Source: a virus
Direction: 5' to 3' (one strand)
DNA: 64,000 nt
Virus record (IMG/VR): IMGVR_UViG_3300035126_000842
Span: 58,314 to 122,313 of that record
The position numbers and the translations under genes were made by a program. Positions 34,200 through 43,370 of this stretch are shown here, in pieces. The number at the start of each line of letters is the position of its first letter. Within the stretch, counting starts at the first letter, position 1. The notes under the pieces were generated by a model. It saw only the letters and a list, made by a program, of their open reading frames with translations. It searched no databases and had not been told where the DNA came from.

Positions 34200-34768
34200 T
34201 ACATTTCAAATTCGTTGTAATTTTTAAGAGGATCTTCTACATTCTCTATAATAGAAATATACGGTTTTTTACTGTCAATATCAAAGATTTTATCATTCAT
34301 TTTATTTCTTTTAAAAAAATTCATATAAAACATAAAATCTTCTTTATACTTTTCTTTTATTATATTCATTTTAGGTCTGATAAAAGAAAACTGCCAGATA
34401 GAAGAATCAATAATACCGGCTTTGTCTAAGTTATGATCAAACGCAATTACTCCTATTTTTTCACCAATACTAAGTATATAATTTAGATACTTAAATCCTT
34501 CTTTGGGTTGGTCTTTAGTTATTATGTATAGCTTACCTATGTTTTTAGGTAAATAGACACCGTTTCTATTATTTAGAAGTTCGTTAAAAATTTCATCGTG
34601 AAAGGTGTCAATAATAATACCTACATCTCTTTTTCGAAATGTAGGTATTTGTTTTTTATAGTGCAACCAGAGTTTAGTTGTACTAAACTGTTTACCTCTA
34701 GGGTAATAATAATTGGGATTGTATCTAGGGGCTGTTAATAGCGCAGTGACAATTTTTGTTTTTTTCAT
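34199..34768 (-). CDS. Conserved crAss-like tail-module protein, possibly IHF-like
   Basis: Basic 189 aa protein; IIDTFHDEIFNELL..RNGVYLPKNIGKLYI resembles an HU/IHF core; synteny. Confidence 0.4.
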   Translation of the reverse strand: MKKTKIVTALLTAPRYNPNYYYPRGKQFSTTKLWLHYKKQIPTFRKRDVGIIIDTFHDEIFNELLNNRNGVYLPKNIGKLYIITKDQPKEGFKYLNYILSIGEKIGVIAFDHNLDKAGIIDSSIWQFSFIRPKMNIIKEKYKEDFMFYMNFFKRNKMNDKIFDIDSKKPYISIIENVEDPLKNYNEFEM

Positions 34769-34788
34769 AGCTCAAAAGAGCTACTAAT

Positions 34789-35340
34789 TTACAAAAGTCC
34801 TGGGGTAGTAACAAGAATAGTAACAGAATCACAAGTAGTTACAGGTGAAGAATCACATATTGATCCTACTGAAACTTCATAATCTGTAGAAGGAGCTAGT
34901 CCTGTTATCATAGCTGCTGTAGTAGAAGAAGAATAATCTTGTTGAAATACAGGTGCTCCCCCAGTAGTAGCTTTAACACGGTAACCTGTTGCTGTTGGAT
35001 TATCAACCCAAACTACAGTCAAACTAGTTTGTGTAGCATCAGATACTACAACTCCCAAAGGACTTTGACAATTAGGAGCATTCTGTACACAAGTAGGATT
35101 TGTTTGTAATAATACAAGCGCTTGATACGCTTCTACAGCACTAGACCCTGTGTTTATAGGTGTTTCTAATAAACTTTGGTAAGGAACAACAGTAGTTGTA
35201 GGATAGACAACACCGTTAGCAGGATAGTATTGAGAAGGTGCTATACCTCCGTTTGCTGCAGATAATTCATGATAACCCTCAGGAGTTACTCCAGGTACAT
35301 CATTACAATTACAGGGTTTATTATTACACTTACAAGCCAT
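34789..35340 (-). CDS. Fibronectin type III domain structural protein
   Basis: TQTSLTVVW..NPTATGYRV..ITGLAPSTDYEVSV is a textbook FN3 pattern; Cys-rich N-terminus. Confidence 0.75.
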   Translation of the reverse strand: MACKCNNKPCNCNDVPGVTPEGYHELSAANGGIAPSQYYPANGVVYPTTTVVPYQSLLETPINTGSSAVEAYQALVLLQTNPTCVQNAPNCQSPLGVVVSDATQTSLTVVWVDNPTATGYRVKATTGGAPVFQQDYSSSTTAAMITGLAPSTDYEVSVGSICDSSPVTTCDSVTILVTTPGLL

Positions 35341-35341
35341 A

Positions 35342-36772
35342 TCAAGTTCCGGGTAATGTTTCTACTACTACAGTAGGACAATTTGTATTAATTCCTGCTG
35401 ATACATTTACAATATTCATTATCAGGTCGTAAGATACTTCAGAAGATAATCCTGTAATACTACCTGTAATAGTTCCTCCTGCTACATTAGAATGTGTTAC
35501 TGAAGTAACTAGTACAGAAGGACTGCCTGTAATATATACAGAAATTACATAAGTCATTCCTGCAGAACCAGTAAATGAATATCCTATATTATCAACTCCT
35601 GCTGTGTAAACTACTTCAGGACAAACTGCAGGATTTTGAATGCCTAAACAAAGTGATTTTTCACAAGTAATTCCTTTAGCAGCATTTACAAAACAAGAAT
35701 TGACGCTAACATTATAATTAGAAGCAGGTGCTAAAGGTGTACTGCCAATAAGAATAACATAAGGAGTTAAAGTACCTGCGTAAGATTGAATAGGTATTTT
35801 TACATTCATACTATTACCTAAACTATCGGAAATAGTAAAGGTTGCACCCAATGGATCACATGCTGTAAATCCTGATGGTATTACTACAGAATCAAAATAA
35901 AACTCAATTTGCGTACCTGAAGCATCAACTGTAGAACTAATAGCCCAAACAAAATCAGAACATTCTGTGTTGCAACAATTAAGTTTAATGTCTTTAATAG
36001 CAGCTCTCATATCACAAAGAGTCAACCATAAATTATTAATTGATTCAGATAAGTTATTAGGACTTGTTTCCCATCCTGGAATAGCACTCATAGTACCATT
36101 TGTGGAAAGAGATGTATCAGTATTTAGATTTAAACACTGTCGTGAAATAGCAGTAACAATTTCGTTATTAGAACCCAATAACTGCTGCATACTACAAAAA
36201 TCTTCTTCTAATGCAGATAATACTTCACTAATAGGTGTAGCAACTGCAGGAAGTACGCATACAGGAATTATTTCAGGTTCAACAAAAATAGGTGCTGGAG
36301 CATCTTCTAGTTCTGTAATTCTGTCTTCGTGATTTGCTAAAGTAGGATTAATCTCATCTTCTATTACAGTTGCAGAACCAGCACTATTATTAGCAATAGC
36401 AGCGATAACATCTTCTAAACTTTCTCCTTCTTCTGTAATGACTGTAGCATCCCAAGCACAAGTTTTAACATCAGTACAAGTAAAAGTAGGAGTTGGTTCA
36501 GGAGGAGTTGCATTTTGCAATTCGCAAACAGCTTCTGCTATTAATTCTAAAGCATCCTCTAAATTTACAGTATGTGCTGGATTAAGACATAAAGTATATT
36601 CTTTTTGAGTAAACTCACAGAGAATTGTACCTAAACCAAATATAACATCACCTACACTATCACCTACACAAATTTCAAAACAATCTAAGTTCTGATTATT
36701 GTAGATAACACACTCCGAAGAAACGGGATTGCAACTTAAACTTTTATTAGAGGAGTTAGTAGGTCTTGCCAT
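35342..36772 (-). CDS. Cys-rich structural protein (fibre/decoration-like) with a C-terminal beta-sandwich domain
   Basis: 476 aa with about 22 Cys, a short coiled coil, and an FN3-like ITGLSSEVSYDL end. Confidence 0.5.
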   Translation of the reverse strand: MARPTNSSNKSLSCNPVSSECVIYNNQNLDCFEICVGDSVGDVIFGLGTILCEFTQKEYTLCLNPAHTVNLEDALELIAEAVCELQNATPPEPTPTFTCTDVKTCAWDATVITEEGESLEDVIAAIANNSAGSATVIEDEINPTLANHEDRITELEDAPAPIFVEPEIIPVCVLPAVATPISEVLSALEEDFCSMQQLLGSNNEIVTAISRQCLNLNTDTSLSTNGTMSAIPGWETSPNNLSESINNLWLTLCDMRAAIKDIKLNCCNTECSDFVWAISSTVDASGTQIEFYFDSVVIPSGFTACDPLGATFTISDSLGNSMNVKIPIQSYAGTLTPYVILIGSTPLAPASNYNVSVNSCFVNAAKGITCEKSLCLGIQNPAVCPEVVYTAGVDNIGYSFTGSAGMTYVISVYITGSPSVLVTSVTHSNVAGGTITGSITGLSSEVSYDLIMNIVNVSAGINTNCPTVVVETLPGT

Positions 36773-36787
36773 ATACTTAATATAATA

Positions 36788-37027
36788 TTATTTACAACAT
36801 TCTCCAAATGAAACTGGAAATATAGTAACAGTATCGTTAGTTAAAATCAATTCGGTATCAACATCTTGAATAAGACTAAACTCTGCAAGCTTATGTCTTA
36901 CATCAAGTTTGTTAAAGTTTTCTTTACAGCAAGTCTCTATACCAAATTTCATTTCTTTAAATTTGTTATACATGTAATCTGCAAAGTCACATTTTATTTC
37001 TTCTATTTCACATAAAGTACAACTCAT
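36788..37027 (-). CDS. Small Cys-containing hypothetical protein (79 aa)
   Basis: Start moved to the ATG at 37027 (MSCTLCEIEE), which overlaps the TGA of the upstream small ORF in an ATGA arrangement. Confidence 0.55.
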   Translation of the reverse strand: MSCTLCEIEEIKCDFADYMYNKFKEMKFGIETCCKENFNKLDVRHKLAEFSLIQDVDTELILTNDTVTIFPVSFGECCK

Positions 37028-37143
37028 TTTCCTTGGGATATAGCTAATGAAAGACAATTTGTGCAAACTTGGGTTCCTTTAGGAGTCTTTCTAAGTTTAC
37101 AACTACAACCTAAAGATGCTTTACAATTAGGACACATACTCAT
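37024..37143 (-). CDS. 39 aa Cys-rich mini-protein (CxxC..CxC..CxxC)
   Basis: Hand-translated as MSMCPNCKASLGCSCKLRKTPKGTQVCTNCLSLAISQGK. It exactly fills the gap between neighbouring genes and is below the ORF track cutoff. Confidence 0.65.
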   Translation of the reverse strand: MSMCPNCKASLGCSCKLRKTPKGTQVCTNCLSLAISQGK

Positions 37144-37144
37144 A

Positions 37145-37687
37145 TTATTTACAAGATTTACAAGTAAAACGATCTAATAATTTATTTGCATACTGAAACA
37201 TCATACTTCCAGCTTCGCGTTTATGACAAATTTCAACTTTTGCTACAGCAGCTTTCATCATATTTTCAATAAGTCTCAATTTTGCTAAATCTTCTTCTAA
37301 TTCTGCAGATGGCATACAACCTACATTATCAATCTTACAATATGCTTTTTGTAAGTTATTAAGAAACTTAGTTATTCTAAGATGATTGTATTCTACAAAC
37401 ACTTGAGTATTAGGATTTATACTATACTTAACAACATATACACCATCTGGAAATTCAGGGTAATCTGTAATAGGGGTAGGTGCAGGTAATAAACCTGCAT
37501 CGTAAGCAGAAAGATTTTCTATAAAAGGAAATGTAGTAGGAACAATAACACCTGGTGTAGTGTATCCTGGACCCAACACAGTTAAAATAGGATTGGTTAC
37601 AGGAGTAACTGTGTAATTACTAGCATCTGCAATTCTCATTACAGAAGGGTTCATTGTTTGAATAAAATCTAAAGCTAACTGTGACAT
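37145..37687 (-). CDS. Hypothetical structural-module protein
   Basis: 180 aa ORF preceded by a TAAATTTG promoter-like box. Confidence 0.55.
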   Translation of the reverse strand: MSQLALDFIQTMNPSVMRIADASNYTVTPVTNPILTVLGPGYTTPGVIVPTTFPFIENLSAYDAGLLPAPTPITDYPEFPDGVYVVKYSINPNTQVFVEYNHLRITKFLNNLQKAYCKIDNVGCMPSAELEEDLAKLRLIENMMKAAVAKVEICHKREAGSMMFQYANKLLDRFTCKSCK

Positions 37688-37699
37688 ACTTACAATTTA

Positions 37700-37707
37700 C
37701 AAATTTA
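37700..37707 (-). promoter_or_regulatory. Bacteroidota-type -7 promoter box (TAAATTTG)
   Basis: TAnnTTTG between a terminator and a start codon. Confidence 0.5.
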
Positions 37708-37730
37708 TTACATTTTGTCAAATATTAATA

Positions 37731-37759
37731 AAAAAATAGGGAGATTTCTCTCCCTATTT
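37731..37759 (-). terminator. Intrinsic terminator after the 419 aa gene
   Basis: AAATAGGGAGA / TCTCCCTATTT hairpin followed by a T run on the minus strand. Confidence 0.8.
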
Positions 37760-37783
37760 CAACAAATCAAAACAACCAAACAA

Positions 37784-39043
37784 TTATGGACAAGCAGCGG
37801 AGCAAGTAGCGCTGAAGTCAATATCAGCAGAACAAACACCACAACCACCTAACCAAGATTGAATAAATGCTTCAAATAAAGCATCTTTTGCAGGAACTAC
37901 AATTTCAATCAAATATTGATCATTGTCAAAAGTACTAGTAGGATTATTTCTACGAGGTACATTATGAGCAATAAAGTAACGATGGTAAGAAGAATTACGG
38001 TCAATTACATTTGTAAAATCATAACCTTGAGTTACTTCGCGCAGACGAAGATCTGTATGGAAAAAGTTCTGACGATAAGATTCAAACAAAATCAAATCAC
38101 GAACTACTTGCTCACCAAAACCTTCAGCCTGAGTAGCTTCACATTCTTTAATTACACAAAGACCTTCAAATGCACAAACATCACCGGTTTCATCAACCAT
38201 AGAAGCATATACACGAACTGGTTCTTTTTCAAAGAAATCAGAAATTTGGAAAGTACAATCACCAAATTTAGTATCAACATAAGCACCTGTAATGATCATA
38301 CCTGCCATTTGACCTACAGTATGTCCAGGAGAAACATAAGCGTCCCATGCAGCAGGAGTAGTACCAATAGAAGCACCCGCTTCATCAAAAATTTCAATCT
38401 GAATGAAAGGTTGAGTTAAGGGGAAATTCAAAAGGTCTTTTGCCCACTGAATAAATACTAATGTAGAATCTACAGGAGCAACTGGTTGACCTGCAGGGCA
38501 ACAACCTGTCCAACGACTTACATTACGGTACATATTACGGTTTAACAAACGCAATACAGGAGAACCTTTAAGGTCAATACGCAAATTGTAAACTTCATTA
38601 CACAAAAACTCGCGAGCAGGACATGCTGGAGATAAAGTAGTAGTGTAAGGAGTGTGTCCAATATGAACTACATCAGCTTTTGCAGGACATGCGGGAGTGT
38701 ACCATACTTTACTAACATGCTTAGGGTTAATCAGTTTAGACTTTACTGATTCCAAATACCCACCATGAAACTGACCAATTTTGTCTTTTTGGAAGATAGA
38801 AGCACTTGCTAAGTACAACGGGCAACAATTTGTAAAGTTGTTGGTATCAATACCATTAAAACTTTCATCAAAAAACCCAAAAGTACCTGGACCAAGACCA
38901 ATTGTACTATCTTTTAAATCGGAAGATTTAATTGTGGAAGCATCTTCAATAAAACCTGATACTGAAGAAATTCCAGAAAACACAGGTGAACCACCAACTT
39001 TGGTTCCAATGTGTGTTTGTCGAAACGCGTGATTAAAATACAT
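37784..39043 (-). CDS. Conserved crAss-like virion structural protein (auxiliary capsid-type)
   Basis: 419 aa, MYFNHAF start, about 15 Cys, followed by a strong terminator; synteny. Confidence 0.55.
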   Translation of the reverse strand: MYFNHAFRQTHIGTKVGGSPVFSGISSVSGFIEDASTIKSSDLKDSTIGLGPGTFGFFDESFNGIDTNNFTNCCPLYLASASIFQKDKIGQFHGGYLESVKSKLINPKHVSKVWYTPACPAKADVVHIGHTPYTTTLSPACPAREFLCNEVYNLRIDLKGSPVLRLLNRNMYRNVSRWTGCCPAGQPVAPVDSTLVFIQWAKDLLNFPLTQPFIQIEIFDEAGASIGTTPAAWDAYVSPGHTVGQMAGMIITGAYVDTKFGDCTFQISDFFEKEPVRVYASMVDETGDVCAFEGLCVIKECEATQAEGFGEQVVRDLILFESYRQNFFHTDLRLREVTQGYDFTNVIDRNSSYHRYFIAHNVPRRNNPTSTFDNDQYLIEIVVPAKDALFEAFIQSWLGGCGVCSADIDFSATCSAACP

Positions 39044-39080
39044 AATTATATAGATAAAATGTTTAAATCAATATAATAAA

Positions 39081-39488
39081 TTACTGTAGAAAAAGCAATT
39101 TATATTTTAAAGAATTAATTTCTGACTTAATATTGTCTAAATCATTTACTATTTCAGAAGCGTCTGATGGAAGTCCTGATTGTATTTCAGTAATCTTAGA
39201 ATGCATTTTTCTAAGAACTGCTAGCATATCTTTAGTTGTTTTTAATACAGGTACTTTAGGATCTACCGTGTCTAATAGTTTTTCATTGTACCCTTGCCAT
39301 CCTTCTGCTACTGTATCAACAAGACCTGGTAAAGCATCATAAAATTCATTAAGTGCTTTATGTGCTGCAAAAGAACCTTCTCCCGTAACAGATAAATGCA
39401 AGGAGTGAGCTCTAGGTGCTAAAGATAATAATTCAACAACCAATTCTGATATCTGAATATGTCCTAAATTAGAAGGTCTTTTTAACAT
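39081..39488 (-). CDS. Ferritin/Dps-like four-helix protein (DUF5856-like)
   Basis: AHSLHLSVTG..SFAAHKALNEFYDAL..LVDTVAEGWQG matches the phage ferritin-like H..HW/HxAL..FYD..D..AE pattern. Confidence 0.65.
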   Translation of the reverse strand: MLKRPSNLGHIQISELVVELLSLAPRAHSLHLSVTGEGSFAAHKALNEFYDALPGLVDTVAEGWQGYNEKLLDTVDPKVPVLKTTKDMLAVLRKMHSKITEIQSGLPSDASEIVNDLDNIKSEINSLKYKLLFLQ

Positions 39489-39493
39489 ATGTA

Positions 39494-40195
39494 CTAGTTA
39501 TTTCTTTCTGAGTTTTGTGTTTCTCTTTGATATTGATTAAATGACTCAATATCAGCAGCTAATATAGCTGCAGCATCGTCTACTATAAGTTCTAGTAAAT
39601 CATCTTTAAGTTCTGATTCAACGTCGACCAGCGATACTTGTCCGTTTTCAGGGTTTTCTACACCTGCGATTTCAATCTTTCTAGGAAATCTATAATAGAC
39701 TAAGTTGACTTTATTGACATCAAAGTCTTTGTTATGATAGATATGTAAGTTATTACCTATCATTGTAAAAAAGGTTTCACCCCACTCAAAACTAGGTTTT
39801 GAGTTTTCGTTATTAAGATATTGATTAACCATTGCTTCTTCTATTAAATTAGAACGCATGTTTCTAACATCTTTACAACAATCTTTTTTAGCTTCTACAT
39901 CTAAACGCTTAAATGCCAAATAGTTACTTGGCATTGGTGCAATAACATAAAAGTTATTATCTGTAGTAGGAATAAAAGCAGAGGTTAGTAGAATTTGAAG
40001 ATCATCAATTCTTCTAACACTCTGCTCGTCTCCTTCTTTAAATAAATTGTTACCATGTAAATTTCTTCTAATCCATTCTATTTGAGCTTTGTTAAAAGCT
40101 TCAATAACCATCCAGGGTTTTATATTACTATAATCCTGACTAGATATTTTGTTTAATCTTTGCTCAATTTTAAGTTTTAGAAGAGTATTATTCAT
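39494..40195 (-). CDS. Putative head-tail ring/adaptor protein
   Basis: 233 aa; RLNKISSQDY..FNKAQ and LVYYRFPRKI segments; position downstream of MCP as in crAss-like phages. Confidence 0.55.
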   Translation of the reverse strand: MNNTLLKLKIEQRLNKISSQDYSNIKPWMVIEAFNKAQIEWIRRNLHGNNLFKEGDEQSVRRIDDLQILLTSAFIPTTDNNFYVIAPMPSNYLAFKRLDVEAKKDCCKDVRNMRSNLIEEAMVNQYLNNENSKPSFEWGETFFTMIGNNLHIYHNKDFDVNKVNLVYYRFPRKIEIAGVENPENGQVSLVDVESELKDDLLELIVDDAAAILAADIESFNQYQRETQNSERNN

Positions 40196-40197
40196 GA

Positions 40198-41208
40198 TTA
40201 TTTAGACCAGTTAGATTCAACTTCTTTTTGTAAATCAACAAGAATGTCCTGATGAAGAGGATTTTTAAGGAAAACAAAAACATCTTGTGGTGTTCTACCT
40301 ACAGGAGTTTGAGTTTTTTCATAATAAATCATACCATCGCTTTTAGATCTCAAAATGTTAAGACCGGCTGCGTCTTTGATAATAGCTCTTACTTTCAGTT
40401 CTTCTACAGGAGTTTCAATAAGTTTCAAGAATTTTTGAGGTGCTTTTAACTTATCTTTATCTATTCCTACTCCTTGAATGTATCTATCAAGTTGCTGATA
40501 CAATACATCAGGAGGAGTGTTACTTCTGTAGGATAAAGAATTAGGGTCCAAAATCTTAGTAATAAGTAACATCTTATCTGTATTTTTTTCATAGAGTTTA
40601 TGTAATTCACCTAACGCTTTGTTACGGAATTTACTTACTTCTACTTTAACAGACAGAGTATCCTCAAAACGATCTAAAAAGAAACGTTTACGGACACCAC
40701 GCATATTACTATCTTTTGCAGCATTGTAATCTGGAGCAATTGAAGAAAATCCTCCTGCTTTAATAGCATAGAATTTAATCAAATCGTAAGGATCTTTTTG
40801 ATCTAAAAAGACAGGGTCATTACCACAACGAATACTAACCTTACTCCAAAACTCATCATTATCAGGTTTTAGAATCTTTACTTTGCCCCAAAAATCAGGA
40901 TCGTTTTCATCAATTACATTAGTAATTAACGCTTTTTCAAGATAAGCGACTGTCTTACGAATATCTTTAATAGCCGCTTCTTTCATTTCACCTTCTAATC
41001 GTTGTACTTCAGGTGCAAATTCATTAAGTCCTGTTACATATCTACGAACACCGTTTTGTTCTAAACATGCAATCCATTCTTCATGAACTACTCCATCAAA
41101 CACAACAAGTTCGTATTTGTGAAGACCCATTTCATCTTCAATACCTGTGAACGGACGGATACTTATATCCGACCTTTTGTTCGGTGTAGCTACTTCTACT
41201 TTAATCAT
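40198..41208 (-). CDS. Conserved crAss-like protein of the capsid block
   Basis: 336 aa; synteny with the conserved genes after MCP. Confidence 0.5.
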   Translation of the reverse strand: MIKVEVATPNKRSDISIRPFTGIEDEMGLHKYELVVFDGVVHEEWIACLEQNGVRRYVTGLNEFAPEVQRLEGEMKEAAIKDIRKTVAYLEKALITNVIDENDPDFWGKVKILKPDNDEFWSKVSIRCGNDPVFLDQKDPYDLIKFYAIKAGGFSSIAPDYNAAKDSNMRGVRKRFFLDRFEDTLSVKVEVSKFRNKALGELHKLYEKNTDKMLLITKILDPNSLSYRSNTPPDVLYQQLDRYIQGVGIDKDKLKAPQKFLKLIETPVEELKVRAIIKDAAGLNILRSKSDGMIYYEKTQTPVGRTPQDVFVFLKNPLHQDILVDLQKEVESNWSK

Positions 41209-41238
41209 AATATATTGGTTGTTTTATTTTATTTTCGT

Positions 41239-41481
41239 TTAAACTACAATATGAATTACTCCGCCTGAAGTTCTATAAAAATCTCCTGCAGTTAATCCTC
41301 CTGCTAGCGCTTGACTATTATTAGAATAAACATTAGTAGTAATTTGATTTACAAAACTATTAAAACTAGTAGGAGCATTTAATGCATCAACAATAGCGTT
41401 AATGTGACCAAACTTTGCAAGACTCATGTCTTCATCTTTATTCAAAAAGGGATCGGGTGATTGTGGTACAAATTTTTCCAT
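41239..41481 (-). CDS. Small putative structural protein
   Basis: 80 aa; C-terminal YSNNSQALAGGLTAGDFYRTSGG motif of a type seen at the ends of phage fibre proteins; upstream TATATTTG box. Confidence 0.5.
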   Translation of the reverse strand: MEKFVPQSPDPFLNKDEDMSLAKFGHINAIVDALNAPTSFNSFVNQITTNVYSNNSQALAGGLTAGDFYRTSGGVIHIVV

Positions 41482-41500
41482 GATTTCAAAATTTTATATA

Positions 41501-41508
41501 CAAATATA
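41501..41508 (-). promoter_or_regulatory. Bacteroidota-type -7 promoter box (TATATTTG)
   Basis: TAnnTTTG about 20 nt upstream of the 80 aa gene. Confidence 0.5.
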
Positions 41509-41522
41509 ATAAATAAATATTA

Positions 41523-41840
41523 CTAGAGCAAATTATTGTTATTCTGGTCATCATACATTGCTCTAATAATAAGCAAGTAATTTACAATGTCAATAATTTT
41601 TTCATCTACCTGGTCCATATCAGGAAGTTTATTATCTGCAATAGTATCTTTTAACCACTGCAAATGTTTGGTCATATATTCCCACGCAATACCCTGTGGT
41701 GTTTTTTGCATAGAAATACCAGTACGAAAATTCCGAAATACATCAGAATTGTGGGCGTACTCTTGATTTTTAACTACGAGTCTACTCCTGACTATCTCTA
41801 GAGCTGTCTCTACACTTTTGGAAAATTCTTGATTGTTCAT
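41523..41840 (-). CDS. All-alpha nucleotide pyrophosphohydrolase-like protein (DUF1599/MazG-like)
   Basis: KNQEYA..DVFRNF..K..EKIIDIVNYL pattern. Confidence 0.5.
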   Translation of the reverse strand: MNNQEFSKSVETALEIVRSRLVVKNQEYAHNSDVFRNFRTGISMQKTPQGIAWEYMTKHLQWLKDTIADNKLPDMDQVDEKIIDIVNYLLIIRAMYDDQNNNNLL

Positions 41841-41844
41841 GTCA

Positions 41845-41852
41845 CAAATTTA
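41845..41852 (-). promoter_or_regulatory. Bacteroidota-type -7 promoter box (TAAATTTG)
   Basis: TAnnTTTG 5 nt upstream of the 105 aa gene. Confidence 0.45.
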
Positions 41853-42287
41853 ATCAATAATTGAGACACGCATATTCAATAACTCAAGTTTGTGACAATC
41901 TTTTACGTGTTTAATATAAAGATTCCAAGATTTAGCCCATTCTTTAATATAGAAATTATTATAATGTTCTAAATTTAATTTTTGTAAAAGATAGTACCCG
42001 TGCTCCCAAGCTTTGTATTCACCTTCTACTATGATAACACGATTGTGGTTTTCAGTTTTAGAAAGACCTCCAAAAATACTATCGCGGTGAATAACATGTC
42101 CTATTTCATGTAACAGACCTACAATAAGGCTAGCTTTACTTTTTACACACTTTGGTAAAGCAATAACTTTACTATCAGGATAATAAAAGTACGATTTACC
42201 TTCTCTCTTTAACTCAACAGAAAGTTCTTTACAAACAGCTTCTAAAATTTTGTAATCTTTTGTAAACTGCTTATCTGTTACTTTCAT
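41850..42287 (-). CDS. Zincin-like metallopeptidase
   Basis: LLHEIGH followed by EGEYKAW, i.e. HExxH plus a downstream Glu ligand. Confidence 0.65.
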   Translation of the reverse strand: MKVTDKQFTKDYKILEAVCKELSVELKREGKSYFYYPDSKVIALPKCVKSKASLIVGLLHEIGHVIHRDSIFGGLSKTENHNRVIIVEGEYKAWEHGYYLLQKLNLEHYNNFYIKEWAKSWNLYIKHVKDCHKLELLNMRVSIID

Positions 42288-43291
42288 TTTTTGACTTTCT
42301 TGTTTATTATTCTAAGATTTTCTATTTCATATTCACCGGTAACTAAATCGCATTCTCCGTACGCAAAACCATTATTCCACTGGTTTATTCTAGCGTAGTA
42401 TGGATTCAGAGTAGAAAGACAACCTGTAGTGTAAATATTTCGGTTGTGTCGTGTAATGCTATCTGTGTCAATTCTATGACTAGTTTTATGAAAATGACCC
42501 GTAAGCATATCTCCATTAAACTTATTACCTAAACTATTAGCAGGGTTTTTACCTCCTCCTCCACCTCCAATAAATTCATGACCATGTGCAATAAACAAAT
42601 TACCAAACTTCATAAGTTGTCTATCTGCTACATACTGTATATTTAGTTCTCCTAATCTTAACCTGGCATCTAACTTAAATTCAGGATCTTTAAATATTTC
42701 AGGAGCTTTATTGTATAACCATTTTTCCCATCGTTCATCATGATTACCTTCTTTAAATATTATTGTAGTAGAAGGAAAAGATTTACGCAGATTTTCCAAG
42801 AAACTTCTTACTTGTTCAAATTCAGTATAAACATCACGACTTCTCCAGTCTTGATCGTGTCTACTAATCATTGTAAAATCTAACAAATCTCCGTTTATTA
42901 CAATAGCTTCTGCTCCTTTATTAGCAGCATAGTCTAATGCTAATTCAATACTTTCTACACTATGAAAAGGAAAATGTAAATCTGAAATAATAAGTGCTTT
43001 CTTTCTCTGTATTATAAAATGAGAAATAGTGTCTGCCATACTATTAGGAATTCCATATTTATTTACATCATGTACATAAGATTCGTTAGGAACGTAGTAT
43101 TCTCTTCTTTTATTCTGATGATGCTGATTCCTTTTGTAGCGTACAAAACTTCTAGCATTCTCATAATTTGTAAAACTTTCAGGAAATGCTGCAATTAATT
43201 CAGAGGCAAGTTTTCGCGTAAGTATTTTATCATTTGTCTCCTCTATTCGTTTATGAAAAAACTCTAAAACAAATTCAGGTCTTTTAGCCAT
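42284..43291 (-). CDS. Calcineurin-like metallophosphoesterase
   Basis: ISDLH, NGDLLD, EGNHDER, AHGH and GHFH motifs. Start moved to the ATG at 43291 (MAKRPEF), downstream of the MCP terminator. Confidence 0.85.
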   Translation of the reverse strand: MAKRPEFVLEFFHKRIEETNDKILTRKLASELIAAFPESFTNYENARSFVRYKRNQHHQNKRREYYVPNESYVHDVNKYGIPNSMADTISHFIIQRKKALIISDLHFPFHSVESIELALDYAANKGAEAIVINGDLLDFTMISRHDQDWRSRDVYTEFEQVRSFLENLRKSFPSTTIIFKEGNHDERWEKWLYNKAPEIFKDPEFKLDARLRLGELNIQYVADRQLMKFGNLFIAHGHEFIGGGGGGKNPANSLGNKFNGDMLTGHFHKTSHRIDTDSITRHNRNIYTTGCLSTLNPYYARINQWNNGFAYGECDLVTGEYEIENLRIINKKVKK

Positions 43292-43314
43292 AGTCTTTTT
43301 CTTATAATATACAC

Positions 43315-43351
43315 AAAAAAAATAACCCCAGATAATTCCGGGGTTATTTTT
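43315..43351 (-). terminator. Intrinsic terminator after MCP
   Basis: AAAATAACCCC / GGGGTTATTTT inverted repeat with a T run on the minus strand. Confidence 0.8.
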
Positions 43352-43370
43352 CCTTGTCGGGTAAGTATTG

